Assembly (NCBI GenBank): GCA_026026165.1
Contig: JAPEUD010000043.1
Coordinates: forward strand, 1-64,000
Direction of reading: 5' to 3'
DNA length: 64,000 nt
Origin: Sarea resinae
Lineage: Eukaryota
Shown: positions 21,905 to 35,752 of the stretch, one piece after another
Position numbering within the stretch: position 1 is the first letter of the stretch
Layout of the letters: each line of letters begins with the position of its first letter
Program-made: the position numbers and the translations under genes
Notes under the pieces: model-generated
What the model saw: the letters and a program-made list of their open reading frames with translations, nothing else
Databases searched by the model: none
What the model was told of the DNA's origin: nothing

Positions 21905-24231
21905 TCAAAAACCACCAGCGCCCCTAACTCTCTGCACAGCACCGACGACACCCTTGGCCCACGAGAACTTGCCCGGATCGACCCCGATAGCACCGTCAGC
22001 CTGTTTACCATTCGAATCAAGCCAAACGGCCTGTTCACGATCAACCGCGCCATAAAGTCCGGTATTCTGGTTCCTGCGGATAGCCTCCGTCCAGGCAGCA
22101 CATATTGTCATCGAATCAATCAAGACGTTGACTTCTTGTGAATGATACCACGATTGCGTGTCTTGGTTGCCATTACCTTGAATGCCAATATGGCCGTCGA
22201 CAATCATCAATTTGACTGCATAGAGTGTCAGCTCGGTTGCGAAGAAGGTGAAAGGTTGCCTGACTGTGACAGCTGCGCTTCTTGAACTTGTTATGGATAG
22301 GATGATCTTGATCCTTAGCTACGTAATTGTAGATATTAAGTCGTTGCTTCTCCTCCTCATTGAGAGCCTTGAGGAGTTTGTTGGCGATCATTTCGTTGTG
22401 TCCGCCTTGGAAGGGTAGGAGTTCGCCCTGGAGCCGTATAAGCATATGATCAACGAGACCACCACACACAACGCACCGAATCATTATACCCAAGACACAC
22501 ATAATACGTAACCTCGACCCCCCGACGCACAGCTGCTAGAAGCTCCGGAAGCAATGGCTCGGCGTTTAGATCTGGTGTCTGGATGAAGACTTTCTCTTTC
22601 GCATTGCGAATGGCAGATAGCCATGCTTCGTTCTGAGGCACGTGTACTGACGAGTGATTTGGAGCTTCTCTGGTATCAGTCAATCGATCCTATATGGATA
22701 GTGGATAAGCTCACCTCCCCAGGGCTTTCGGCAGACCATTGCAATTGGAAAGGGTTCGTGCACAGGGTGTGGGATAAGTGGGGTCATCTCATCATCTTGG
22801 GCACATTCAGGAGCGGATCCCTTGGTGTCTTTCTGAATTGTAGTGTCTGTGGTTTTCGAATTAGCCGCTGCTACGGAACAATGCAACATGATCGATGAAC
22901 GTACTGAGATGCCGAGTCACCGCGTTCATCTTCGTCTCATCGCCGCGGGGCTGAAGGACCGAGACAGCCCTGGTAACTTCCGAGGCAATGTCTAGATCAT
23001 AATGAGGGTCTTTTTCAGTATGTTCAGGTAGTTGTTGCTGACGACCATCTGCGGCCACCTCGCCTAAGCTGCGGGCATCTTTGTTTTCGGTTTGCGCCGT
23101 GGGGTACGCTCTCTCGCTCAGTCCTGGAATGGTAGTGCCTTCGAGTCCTTGCGTTGGGTTGTTTTGAGGGGCACGTCTCAAATGGTCGCGCAGAAGCCCA
23201 TTTTGATCGAAAAGCTCTTTGAACGAGGCCTCGCCGAAACTCGGTAGACCACCAACAGCAGCTGGTGTGTTGTGGCTTGGAAGCGGTGGGTCCAAAGCAT
23301 TGTGCCAAGAAATCAAAGACATGTCGTAGAATGAGTCCACAATGGGGCCTTCGAGATGTGACATCATCTCAAAATTGTCGTTGTCCTGGATATTGTTGCT
23401 GCTCAAAATCGCGATTTTGCGATCTACCACCATATACTTGGAATGAAACGTCCCAAAGATAGGACGGTGGTAGTTCACGACCTGCATATCGATATTCGGC
23501 AATTCCTCTGGTGGAGGAAGCTGAACGTTCTTTCCAACATACTCTGCCGGCGAAACGGGCTGGTGGTTATCGAGAACCTAGAAGAGCAAGTCAATATGAG
23601 AAATGCTGATTTGATGCCTTTCGACGTCTGACCTGCTTCGCATTTCCACGGTCATACATGATCTTCACGATGACCTTCTGCCCTCTCTCCCCGGCACGTC
23701 TCGATAGCTCCCTCAACGAATTGGTGATGAGTAGAGATGCATCCGATGCCTGCCAGTAATTCGTCGCGAGGAAGACTTCCCTTTGCGCACGGGCAATGAC
23801 ATTGGACATGTGACGGCAGATATCCGGCAATGGAGCGACGATGGACAGCGGGATAACTCCAGAGCTGCCAATGAGAGGCGGCGAGGTCACTCCAACCATG
23901 GGATCATGTTCGAGCGTACAGAGAACGTCGTGAAAGATCTAATCGACAGCGTTAGAGAGCATTCTCGACACATTTCGATCGGGTAACCTGCGCGAAGGAA
24001 CAGCTCGCTGGGCCGAGTGCTTCCCCACTTGCCGCATTCAAAGGCTCGCTGGAGGTCCTCTTCGGTGACGGGCTTTCTGTTGTGGAATGGGTTCTCTGTG
24101 GCGATGCTGATGGCGGAATCGCCATACAGTCTCTTCACCACAGAAGCGGGAGATTGAGTGGGATCTCTCGCCAACTCAGAGCTGACGGTAACATCACTTC
24201 GACAGAGATCGTAGACCTTCTGAGACACCAT
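21905..24231 (-). CDS. Phospholipase D/nuclease superfamily protein with two HKD motifs (spliced)
   Basis: GTFHSKYMVVDRKIAILSSNNIQD and CH/xKLMIVDGHIGIQGNGNQDTQSWYHSQE; about five introns; likely start MVSQKVYDL. Confidence 0.88.
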
Positions 24232-24925
24232 CTTAGGTCGTTTGACTTTCCAAAGGTGCGGTTGCGTATGGTAGTGGTTGAGGGAATATGCAGCGAGGGT
24301 GAGGATGATGGTGATGATGGCGAGAATGAAAGAAACTGGATCGTTGAGGAGTGTTTCCTTCCTGTCCATCATTACGTACGTCCGAGGATAGGGTAAGGTG
24401 AGGTAGGGGCATGGCAACGCAATGGAATGGGTTAGAGCGGGATCGAGGAAAGCTTGTTCTCTTCCGTAGCCATATCAGGCTCCAGCTGCTCGCAGGCGAA
24501 GGGTTTCAGCATCAATCCATCAATCCATCAATCCATGCGAGGTGATTGTGAGTATCGCCGGGCATGATTCTCGAGACGCCTACCCACAGTGACTTCCCGT
24601 CAGTGACGCAACAAAACAAGCTTCTCGTCGTCTCGCCAAACCGGGGAACAAGCTTTCTTAGTCTCACGCCTACGTCATTCGATCGACGATGGATGGATCA
24701 GGTACCTGCCGTACCTACCTCGGAAATACCCTCCCAACCAATCCTCGGAGATCCATGGACGGGAAAGAATGATGAGGGCAATCTAGAAGGATGTCAACAC
24801 TGTAGATCTGGTAGATCGACCTTCGAAAAACATGATGTGATAGTTGCACTACGGTCGCTCATTAATCGTACATCGCCATCGTCCAGCGACGCGCATTGAT
24901 TTCCCACGATATAGAATAGCCCCGA

Positions 24926-27314
24926 TTAGTCCGACTCGGCATAGCTGATCTTTTTCGCTCGCGAACTTTTCCTTGCCCCGCCGCGTGCTACACTTACAGG
25001 GACAGCCAATTCCACATCGGAAATCGGTGCTGGAGCCTCCGAATCTTCTTCGTCCGACGTGGATGGGGTTGGCACACTCTTCAATACCCGTTTCTTGCGC
25101 GCAGCTTTCTTGACAGTCGCTTTGGCTTTCTTGATCGGAGGTGTGGTCTCCTTCACGGCCTGTCCCACTCCGGGTGGGGACTTGGCGGCAATCTTACGCT
25201 TTTTGACAGGCGTCGTCTTTAGGGTTTCCTTGCCATCATCGCCAGTCTTCTTTTTCACTACCCTCTTCACCGGTCTCAGCCATTCCTCCATTCCCGGAGG
25301 CCAGTAGACTCGACCTTCGGGACCGCCCATTCCCACATCCTCTTCTGGAACAACACTGGGTCCAGCCTGTGCGAGCTCTTCTTCTATGTGCTCGGCTGCT
25401 TCGACTTCGACTTCCTCTGCATTTACCTTCTTGGACCTCTTCTTCGGCGTGGTCTTCTTGGGCACTTTGACCGGTTTGTTGTCGTCATTCCGTACGTGTG
25501 GTATGATATCGCTGAACGAGTTCCATCCGGGTAATCTAAAAGTCCTCATGAGCTCAAAGACTGCCTGCTCTTTATCTTTTGCTTCTATCATGAGATCCAT
25601 AGTGGGATCACAGGGCGGCAAGGTTGCCACTCGTGGATTGTGCTTCCTTCGCTGACGACCAGTAATAGCACTCGGAGTCGGTTCTGAATAGTGCATTTTT
25701 TGTGTGATTCGCTTTCTGGTCCACGTTTCTGATATCTCGTCGTACAACGGAATGAGATCCATCGTGCCCTCGCGCACCTTCTCCGCATCAAAGATGATAT
25801 TGTGGTGATGGTAGTCCAAGACCATGGGAATATTAAGTTCCTTGCAGATTGGGAGGAGGTCATGGACCGACCAGCTCACGTCGTCATTCTCCAACACTAG
25901 CCGATTTTTGATATTCTGGCTGAGGCCCTTGTAGTTCTCACGAAAGCGGTTCAAGGTTGCTTCCTTGTCCCCAAAGACCCCTCCCATGTGTAGGATCATG
26001 ACAGCATCTCGGTCTTGTTGCGGTGGAAGCTTCAGCAGACTCAGCATTTCGGCATGGTATTCTAGGTCCCTGATGGCATTCCTGATGACTTCTTTTCGGG
26101 GAGAACCGAGTTGAGTAAACTAGACGAACAATTAGGTTCGCTTCTCATATCTCCGTCATGAGCATCCATACCTGACCCGGATGAGTCGAGACTCTGTGGC
26201 CAAGCTCGGCAACAACCTTCCCGGTTTCTTTCAATACTTCCGCCGCGAATGGTTCTAGTTTGTAGCCATACTCCTCGTGACTGGCAAACGGAAACATCTC
26301 ACTGCTAAGTCGTAGAAACTTGATCCCGTATCGATCATTCCATTTCAGCATTTTGATGATGTCCCTCGCATTGGCCAGCCCAATGTTTTCAACATAGGCT
26401 TGACCTCTTGAAATGCTTGCCGGCTGCTCCTTGTCCGGCCTATTCTTGATCGCATGTTCGGGTTGGTTTGGGTCCTTGAGGGGATGGCGATGTTCGAGAA
26501 TAGATGCGATCCGACATGTTCGAGAGCTGAAGACGGGAGGATTCGAGTACCGAAGATATGTGCAGAGGCATGCCTTTGCAAATCAGTAGATGAGCTCAAG
26601 GTACTAAAAGTTGCCACTTACGTATCCCAATCGACCATTCCAAGGTAGTGGGAGAAAATCGCTATGAACGGGAGGAGGTCTGGTCAGGGCCTCCCTAACT
26701 TCCTCCTCGTCGACATCATCTAGGCCCTCGGCTTCCGGATCAACTATTTCCGTATCTATATCATCCGACTTTGATTTTGTCGGAGACGTTGACGACCTGT
26801 TAGAAGCTCGCGGTTTTCCCTTTGCGGCCTTCTTGCCCTTCAATGGCTTGTTTTCCTTTTCAATTTCGGATAAATCTGACAGTGAAGAATCCGAGCTCAA
26901 GTCTGGCATTCGGAAATCGCTAGAAGGCATGATGTTGTCCTGGGTAGTCGCGTCGATGGCGCCAGCTGCCGCCAACGTCTGTGGATCCAAAAGGGCGCCA
27001 CTTTGGCCGTGGAGTGTGGAATCGAAATCCGGTTCGGTGGCATTATGGTCAGTCGTCAATCGCGTTGGCGCGCGCTTGATTGTTCTCTTCGCCTTGAGAC
27101 CAGGTATCTCAAGCTGCAACGGTATAGCAGGTAAATCATTCCGCGATGTTGTGGTCGCAGTTGCTGCTGAAGAACGCTTCCTCTTCACCATGATTTCCCA
27201 TGCAGAATGTCCAGGGCGAGAGAACGAAGCCAAAAGGATTGGTCGCAATGGCGGTGGCGAAAGACTAGTCCGGAATGCAGGAACAGCGCCACGCGCCCGG
27301 AGACGGGCAAGCAT
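24926..27314 (-). CDS. uve1: UV-damage endonuclease (UVDE), spliced; alternative downstream ATG at 27191
   Basis: LPLPWNGRLGY, FLRLSSEMFPFASH, HRVSTHPGQ, MILHMGG, RLVLENDD, VLDYHHH, QKMHYSE and DLMIEAKDKEQA. Confidence 0.93.
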
Positions 27315-30306
27315 TCGGAATGGAGTTGGAGCGCATGGGATAAAGCACGTCAGGGACGACGAAAGTGCCGAATAAGGAGTTGCAAACGACCTGCAAGATG
27401 CGCATTCAAGCAAGCTGCGGGATGAAAATGACAATAATCAATAGCTTAGGTGGCTGAGTTCTCTAGGTGTAATCTTCACCAAAGGAGCCGGCAAAGGAAC
27501 AGAGGCTGAGGCTGAGGCGCATCCGTCGCAGCCATCGCATCGATTCCTTAGAGTGAGATCGGATCTCGCTCAGGGACGCGCTAAATGCACTGGCGTCATG
27601 AAAGCATCCAGAGATCACTCGCTTGTTCTCCCAGGTCGATGATTAGGAGAAAGGCATCGAACAGACTCACGCAGAGATACCTCAAGTCATGGAATCATGG
27701 AGAAGCTGTCTACTACGTACTCCGGAGTAGTTATTGAGATGCATACCTGTATATCTCATTTGATATAGAGAAGAAAGAGGCTACCTTTGGCATGGGAAAG
27801 TGCTTTCCTGAGTCTTCGGGACGTGAAAAGGGAGCGCCGGCTTTTGCCACACTGACGGCGAGAAGAAAGAGCCCGCGGCAGGATCGAAATGGATTACATG
27901 GATTACATAATCCAGATTTATCTTCATCGTCAACCATCATCATCCCATGACATCCTACCTTTTACCTATCTCATCTCATCTCATCTTATCTGCTTGATCA
28001 CCACTACTGGGCAATCAAAATGGCCGCATTAGATAATCAGCCAAGCGACGGATGCCGTCCAGCTGTTCTGTCCTTTTCGGTTCGGTTCTGTTCTGCTGGG
28101 CTGTGATCGAGAAATGGCGGTGGCACCACGCGAAAAGCAATAATTCTCGCAAGGAACCCTGTGCCTTGTGCCCTCCCTGTGCCCAGTGCCTGTGCCCTGT
28201 GCGTGAAATAATCCGCAACGGCGACCGCTACATTCCATTACCCATGTAGGGTTGCTCGGATGAGCTGCCGTACTGTTGTCCAGGTTACCTTGGCTAGGTC
28301 CCTGCTGTGAAGACTCATTCATGGATACTGAGAGTGAAACAAAACGATATTGTGATGATCCGGCACGTACCCGATCAAAGGGGGGTCGGGATGCCTTGAA
28401 CATCCTGAATATCCGTATACTCGGCACCGCAGGCATCGCAATCTTCTTTGCGATCTCCTTTCGGCGCAGTCTTCGATTGCTGGTAACGGCGATCGACGAT
28501 GATGGGTCGGTGCTACTTGTCTGGTACTCGGCACACTCGGCCGCCACCTTGCCGTGTAGGGAAGTGCTCGAGGTCATACCACAATCATGAGGTGCGCAGA
28601 GGTCATTATTGATTGCAACTGCAACAGAGTAAAAGTAGTACTGGCCGTTCTGGTTCTTTTTTTCCTCCAATGGCTTCTGACTTGTTCGATGATCCCGGCA
28701 AGCATTACGATGATCCATCCCACGTCTCATCGATGCCTGCGATGGAACTGGAGCGACTTGGATGGCCCGTCGTTATTCTCGCTATCCTTGCGCACGCAAG
28801 CCTCGCGCTCGCCCGAAGGATCAACTAATGTACTACTGGTACCGTTGCTGTTCCGGGCGGCCGAAAGCACGGAGGGCTCCAAAGACGGCAAATGTTTGGC
28901 CAAAGCTACTGATGAAGGTGATGGATGACTTAATGAGATGCGCCGGATCCTGGAAGTAAGATGGAAGGTTGCATGGAAGGCTCATTGCCCCGCATTTTGG
29001 ACTGTCGATGGCTTCGAGGATGTGCGGCAAGAGTGACTACTGCTGCGTGCCCCGCAGTGCAAGTACAGCCGATGTATCTTCGTGGTACCGTGGTCAAGAG
29101 GCAGAGGGATGAAAATAGAAGGAATTAGTCGAACCATGCTCTACTATGAGGACTCGGAGTATGAAGTACACGAAGACACCTCCACGGATCCATGCAAGCC
29201 ACGGCGGAAGAAAGAGCGAGCGAGTGAGCGAGTGAAGATCCAAATGTGTAGGGGACCGTTGGAAGCGAAAGCAAAAGAAGGGGAACCAGCATGGCCACAA
29301 GACGAAATAGCACCACGGTCTCCTGCCCTCTTGCCCTCTGCGACAATAATAATATGCCGCACACGTGGTGCTGTTGTGTTGTGTTGTGTTGTGAGGGTCG
29401 GTGGCAGCGAGGGTGAGTCGGTGGCCGGCAGGTGCGCGAGTATCTCGTACTCCGTACGTAGGGCGATCCGAGAGACAGGCAGAGATAGGCATGGGGGCTC
29501 GACTAAGGCCTGATCGATCACTCAATCTCAGAATATGCCTCGTTTCTCGTTTACCGCTGGGGGGCGTAGAGATTAGGACGCCAGGTACTGCGCGGTAGCG
29601 CTTGGCCGCGGGACGGTACTCGGTACCTGTACTTGGGCCGCTCTCGAAGTCTCGCTGCCCACGAGTGCTGGCCATGTCCTGGTGGCGTCCGTGCCAGCGG
29701 ATGACCGGCCCAGGTCTTGCCATCGGAGTAGCCTCGACGGATCCGTGACGCCAGCTGTACTTGGACCAGAATACTCTAATCCGCGTGGCTTCCGGCGTGA
29801 TGGCGTCGAGGACGGTTCGCTGGGCTGCCGACTCTCCCACTCTTGCACCTCCCAAACTCTCTCTTACTCGTTCGCCCACTGAGTCGCGGCGGATTCTTGT
29901 CATTGTCGCACCTGCACCGTAGCTCACAGCTCATACTATCGCTCATAGCACATTCTGGGTCCACCTAGAAGTGGGGTTATCATCATGTCCTGCACAACAA
30001 ACTTCCCTTCCAGACTGCCGTCGCTCCTGTCCCTTTCCCACCTGGCTCGATGCTCCTGCCTCCGTGCGAGCGGCAACGCTAAATATAAGGTGAATGCCTC
30101 CAGCTCGTACGATCCAGCCTGACATTCCACCCTAAGCAATCAACTCTCAAGCCTCTTATATCACTACCGTACCTTGCTTACCCTCCCACTAACCTACCAG
30201 TCTTATAAGATAGACCTTGACCCCCTTCCTACCATCATCTCTTCATAGCTCCATCCATCCATCCATCCAACCAAACATCAGAACCTTCCATCAGTCATCC
30301 ATCATC

Positions 30307-31521
30307 ATGGCACCACAAATCCCAGAGAAGCAGTGGGCCCAAGTCCTCGAGAAGGACGGCGGTGAGCTGGTCTTCAAGGAGGTTCCCGTCCCCAAGCCCG
30401 GCCCAGATGAGGTTCTCGTCAACGTCAAGTACACCGGTGTCTGCCATACCGATCTCCACGCCCTCCAGGGCGATTGGCCATTGGACCGCAAGCTACCCTT
30501 GATTGGCGGCCACGAAGGTGCCGGTCCCGTTGTTGCTCGCGGTGAGCTCGTCAACGATGTTGAGATCGGTGAGCACGTTGGAATCAAGGTATGTGACTGT
30601 TCAATCAATTTATTGGATGAAGCTAAACCCCTCATCAGTGGCTCGCTGGATCCTGTTTGTCTTGCAGTTACTGCCAAGCTGCCGATGAACCTCTCTGCCC
30701 AAAGGCAACCCTCTCTGGCTACACCGTCGACGGATCCTTCCAGCAATACGCCATTGGCAAGGCCGCCCATGTTGCCCGAATCCCCAAGGAGATTCCCCTA
30801 GACGCCATCGCACCCATCCTGTGCGCCGGTATCACCGTCTACAAGGGACTGAAGGAATCCGGTGCAAAGCCCGGTGAGATCGTCGCTATCGTCGGTGCCG
30901 GTGGTGGGCTCGGGTCTCTGGCCATCCAATACGCCAAGGCCATGGGTCTGTCGGTCATTGCCATTGATGGTGGTGACGAGAAGGGTGCCATGTGCGCCAA
31001 GCTCGGTGCCCAATCCTACATTGACTTCACCAAGACCAAGGATCTCGTTGCCGACGTCCAAGCCGCAACTCCTGATGGCACAGGTCCCCACGCCGTTATC
31101 CTGTTGGCTGTCTCCGAGAAGCCATTCCAACAAGCTGCCGATGTATGTTTCCTTGTTCCGTATCCGATGACTTCGTGCTAATCTCTAGCAGTACGTCCGA
31201 TCGCGCGGCACCGTCGTCTGTATCGGTCTCCCGGCTGGTGCACGTCTCTCAGCACCAGTCTTCAACACCGTCGTCAAGATGATCCGCATCCAAGGTTCAT
31301 ACGTCGGCAACCGCAAGGACACGGCCGAGGCTATCGAGTTCTACCGTCGTGGTCTCATCAACGCTCCATACAAGGTCGCTGGCCTTAGCGAGCTGCCCAA
31401 GATTTTCGGTAAGTTTATACCACGATGTGTCGATTGCGACGATCAAGACTAATGAAGCTCGACAGACCTCATGAAGGCCGGACAGATCGCCGGCCGATAC
31501 GTCCTCGACACTAGCAAGTAG
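30307..31521 (+). CDS. adh1: Zn-dependent alcohol dehydrogenase I (AlcA/Adh1 type), three introns
   Basis: [15 protein letters not shown], structural Zn cysteines ([10 protein letters not shown]...C), [22 protein letters not shown] and terminal GRYVLDTSK*. Confidence 0.95.
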
Positions 31522-32404
31522 ATTGTCAGTACATACCGAATGCAAAAAGCAAGCTAGTACATTGGACGATATTCGGGGACTGTTGATAGGTTTGATCATT
31601 TTTAAAGGTGTCGAAGCTCTTTGGTCGAAGTTTGCTGTGGTGGCATTTACCTCTACCTTTACCCTTGCGTGATGGCCGGACAAGAGAAAAGTCCGTTTTA
31701 ATGTGATTTACGAACGTATGAAAAGGAATTAAATCCATGTCGATTAAGATGATGAACTTTCCGTCCAAACTAATTGTGATCTTTGTTTGACTTTTCGCAC
31801 TCGCAGATCGATTCTGATTGTTTGTTAGTCTCACACTCATCGTTTCTGGCAACTACGTAGTAGTTGTGACATACAGGATTCCGGAGCATATCTGCCATGA
31901 TTCTACTGTGATATGATATGATGACCCTATAACAGGACAGGAATTCGAAGGCCAGCACCACTTAGTGGTTCGGCAAGTCAGTCAGTCAGTAAGCCGACCG
32001 GCCAGTCATCTGATACATCAATCTGTCAATCGATATGTTCATCAATCAATCGCTCAACCACTTAATCAGCCACTTGATCAAAACAAACAATCAACCCAGA
32101 TCCTCCTACCCGCATCTAGGAATGCAAATGCATCATGCGAATGCGCTAGCCAGCCAGCCAACCAGCCAGCCAGCAAGCTAGGGAGTCAGGCATGGAGTTC
32201 CTGTGCGGTCTGATTGCTCCAGCTGCTGGATAAATCAGTAGGTAGATGGACTTGATGGCTATCCTGGTTCATAATATTGACGATGATGATGGCAGTGATG
32301 ATGATAATGGCGATGATGACGGTGATGACGCTGCTGACAATAACGACGACAACGGCGACAACGGCGACAACGGCGACGACAAAGGCAAAAGGGAGGGAAA
32401 TGGA

Positions 32405-32440
32405 GAAGAAGAAGAAGAAGAAGAAGAAGAAGAAGAAGAA
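32405..32440 (+). repeat. (GAA)12 microsatellite within a low-complexity tract
   Basis: 12 perfect GAA units, preceded by GAT/GAC/AAC triplet repeats. Confidence 0.95.
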
Positions 32441-34218
32441 TATGAGGAGGGAGGAGAAGGAAGGCAGCTACAGTCAAGCTCGAGGAAGAAGAAGTCTACA
32501 TTGAAAAGCACACGGAAGAAGGGAAAATTAGCTGATCAGCTAACAACAGAATCTAAACAGTACAGAGAAAAAGAGGTAGAGGGAAAGATGTAGAAGAGAA
32601 AGTGAGAGAGTGTGTATATCAAGAGACTAAGGAAGGGTATATCTAAACAACAGATTTAGGTGACACTACACTCCACTACTCGCCCCGCCGTGCCCCGCCC
32701 CGTCTCGATTTAGTCTGATCTGACCCGACCCGGCCCGCCACGACCGACCCGGCCTTGACCTGATCCGGCGCCCGACATGATCCAGTCAGCTCCGGCCCTC
32801 TCGAGAGCCCTTCATGAGGATGAACAGATCAGGCCTAGACGGGCAATCAGACTCGCATTGCTCGCTCACTAAGAAAGCACAGAGATCTATCTGTTTTAAT
32901 GACTTCGATATGGGACTCGTTATGGTTTGATTCAGGGAGGACAAGAGAGAACTGGAGAGTCCGGAAGTCGCTAGAGGAGAATGAATAGTGGGTGTAGAAT
33001 AGTGTAGAGAGGAGAAGAGAGGAAGAGAGGAAAGAGAGGAGAAAAGGGAGAGAGAAACAGAAAAGAATACGTGGGGAAAAAACAAAAGAGTAAAGACATC
33101 GAAGAAAATAGAGAAGAAGAGGAGAATTACAGCCGCCTTTCTTTAATCAATCACAGACGTTTTCAATGATGAGGTAGGATGAACAGCGTCGAGATAGCTC
33201 TTCCTATACCGTGTGCCTCAGATCTTGATTCATTGACCAGACTAGAGCTATTGCTTAGTTGTGATGCCGGGTAAGGTGGGTATTCATTCAAACGCACCTT
33301 CAGTACCTCTGCGCAGAGTACAGCAAGTCCCTAATGATTGTCTAGTACAGGCAATAACTTGCACTCGCCCATAATAATCGACATAGCTGAGGTAGGTAAG
33401 TAGCTATCCCGCGAAACTAGCACTCCCGTCTATCATCAGTCGGGAAATGATAATAAGTAGTCGGAAAAAAGAAGTTTCTTCGGGGACGCTCCCTTTCAGA
33501 ATTCGGAATATACGACAACTTTTCTCTTCCCCACCCGTACCGTACGTAGTACTGCCGTTGTTGTTGTTGTTGTTGCTGCCGCTGGCGCCGAACAAGGCAC
33601 TTCGGCGGGTAGCTATCGATAGATAGATAGATGGCCCAAAGCATACCAGCACGGCAGCGAGAAAAACATGAAACAGAGGGTTAGGTGAGGTGAGGGGTTA
33701 AGGGAGCCCGGGCAGTCATGGCTGATGCCTAATATCTAAGCGCCGTGGCCCGTCATGCGACCTACTCTAATGCCACCCCATGTCTTGGTCCATTGGACTG
33801 GATGGCAGGCGGGGTAGTAGGAAGGAAGGTTGGTAGGTAGTCAAGGCTGAGTGGCTTATTGATCTTGACTTTTGATATCGCGGCGGTGGTGGTGGTGGTG
33901 TCGGGTTGTTTCGAGATGCCGGAGATGCTGAGAATGGTGGTTGGTAGCTATTGGGTGCCAGGTATCCACGATAGTTTAGTTGGGGATAAAGTCAATAATA
34001 ATGGTGGTAGGTCCCGAGTAAGAAGCGCCAGGGCCAGAGTTGAGTCGAGTCGATAGCGCGCCGGCCCCAGGGCCGAGTAGATAGGTACCTCCTTAGATAG
34101 AAGCCAGTCCAGCCTCGAAGGTGACGTGCAGGGAAGGCGGAAAGGAGGGAGGGAGGGAGGGAGGGAGGGATAGTGATGCACAGGCGTCTGTCTACTTCTT
34201 ACCTTGCTACCTACCGAT

Positions 34219-34269
<51 letters not shown>
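34219..34269 (+). repeat. (CTGC)n microsatellite, about 12-13 units
   Basis: Perfect CTGC run. Confidence 0.95.
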
Positions 34270-34272
<3 letters not shown>

Positions 34273-35752
34273 GCCCCTGCCCTACTTGCCCACTTTGACC
34301 TACCCCGCGCGCGCGTGCGTACGTGTGGGCCACAGTGACTCTTCAAATTCCTGTCCCTCTCCTGCACACTACAATGTCTGTGATCTGATCTGTGATTGTG
34401 ATAGTGACGGCGTCTGTCTGAGACAAGAACAACTCAGTAGCCAACAACACCACCAACAAGTACAACAAAGACGCCAGTCAACGCGACAGGGCCCTTTCTC
34501 TCCCCTCCCTTGTAGATTGGGCTCAGCGCCCGGGGCAGTCCACTCTAGGGTAGAGGATTGAGTGAGTGTGGCAGTAGAGGGGTAAAAGACGGATAGAGAT
34601 GGGGTAGCTAGCTGCTACCTGCATACCTTACCGCAGTAACCACACCCATCCTACTACAGGGATCGCGATCATAGAGGGGTAAATCTGCCATTCCCGTCAT
34701 ACTCTACCTATCCGATTGAGCCTCGGGGCGGCTATATGGGTGACCCCTCGATAGAACAATCGGCATGTTTCCTATTTTCGGTGGAGTGTTGCGCCCATTA
34801 CTTTTGGATGCTGGTGCTGGATGGATGCTTCATGGAGATGCGATGGGATGGGATGGGATGGGATGGCTATCCTATCTACCCGCTCACTGATATTCTGCCG
34901 TAGAGTACCTATCTTCGTACCGTACCAGGCCGGATTGGGGACCGACAGGGCTGCATATTCGAAGCGATTCCTCTCGGGAAGAGGTCGAGCGAGGAGGCAT
35001 CATCGCCAAAGGAGGTCCGTGATGTAAAGGTGGGATCAGGGATTGGCCCCTCCCTCCCTCTCCCTCCCAAAGGTACCTTAACATGTAGTCTGTCGGCGTG
35101 ATAATAAGGCAGCATTGATGCATCATGTGGTGATCGACGATCGACGATGCATAGGTACAATACCTCATCCCGCAGCATCCAAGAAAGGAATGTTCAGGAC
35201 ATCAATCTAGCCGGCGAATTGGCTACATCCTCACCTTCAGTTAGGAGCCGGTAAAAGAAGATTGTAGTAATATCAAATAAATAGTTTAAAAAGCCCTTGA
35301 GGGCAGAAATGCTCTATTATTACATTATACCCATGATTTCCAAATACCTCGATCAACTTTTTCTATAACCGTCCTGTCCTTTCGTCGAGATTGAAAATGC
35401 TTATGCAGAGAAAGAAATAAGAAATGCCAAACTGAAAAGCCACCCACCCAATGCTGTCTGATGAATGTCTGAACCCCGTGATGAGAATGTTTTGATGGTA
35501 CAATCTTTTTCTATCATTCCCTTCCATGATGTTGCCCAACGAGAGAGAAACCGAACAAGAGAGCAAGCACCGCTGCACCGCATCGCGCAAATTGGTATCT
35601 TAAAAGACGAGCGCCGTAAGCATAGTGTCGTACTAGATAGAAATGAAAAATCAAAACTCCAGAGCCAATGCAAAAGCACAAGCTGGAAATATGTGCGAGA
35701 ATAGGAAGGTGTTGAAGATGTTCACCCGTGGGTCGAACCGATGACAAGTCAA

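Noticed and set aside
28029..29927. 233-aa and 277-aa ORFs between uve1 and adh1
   Set aside because: No recognisable motifs, overlapping ORFs on both strands and GC-rich promoter-like DNA.
32246..32593. Acidic 115-aa ORF
   Set aside because: Open mainly because of triplet microsatellites; no independent coding evidence.
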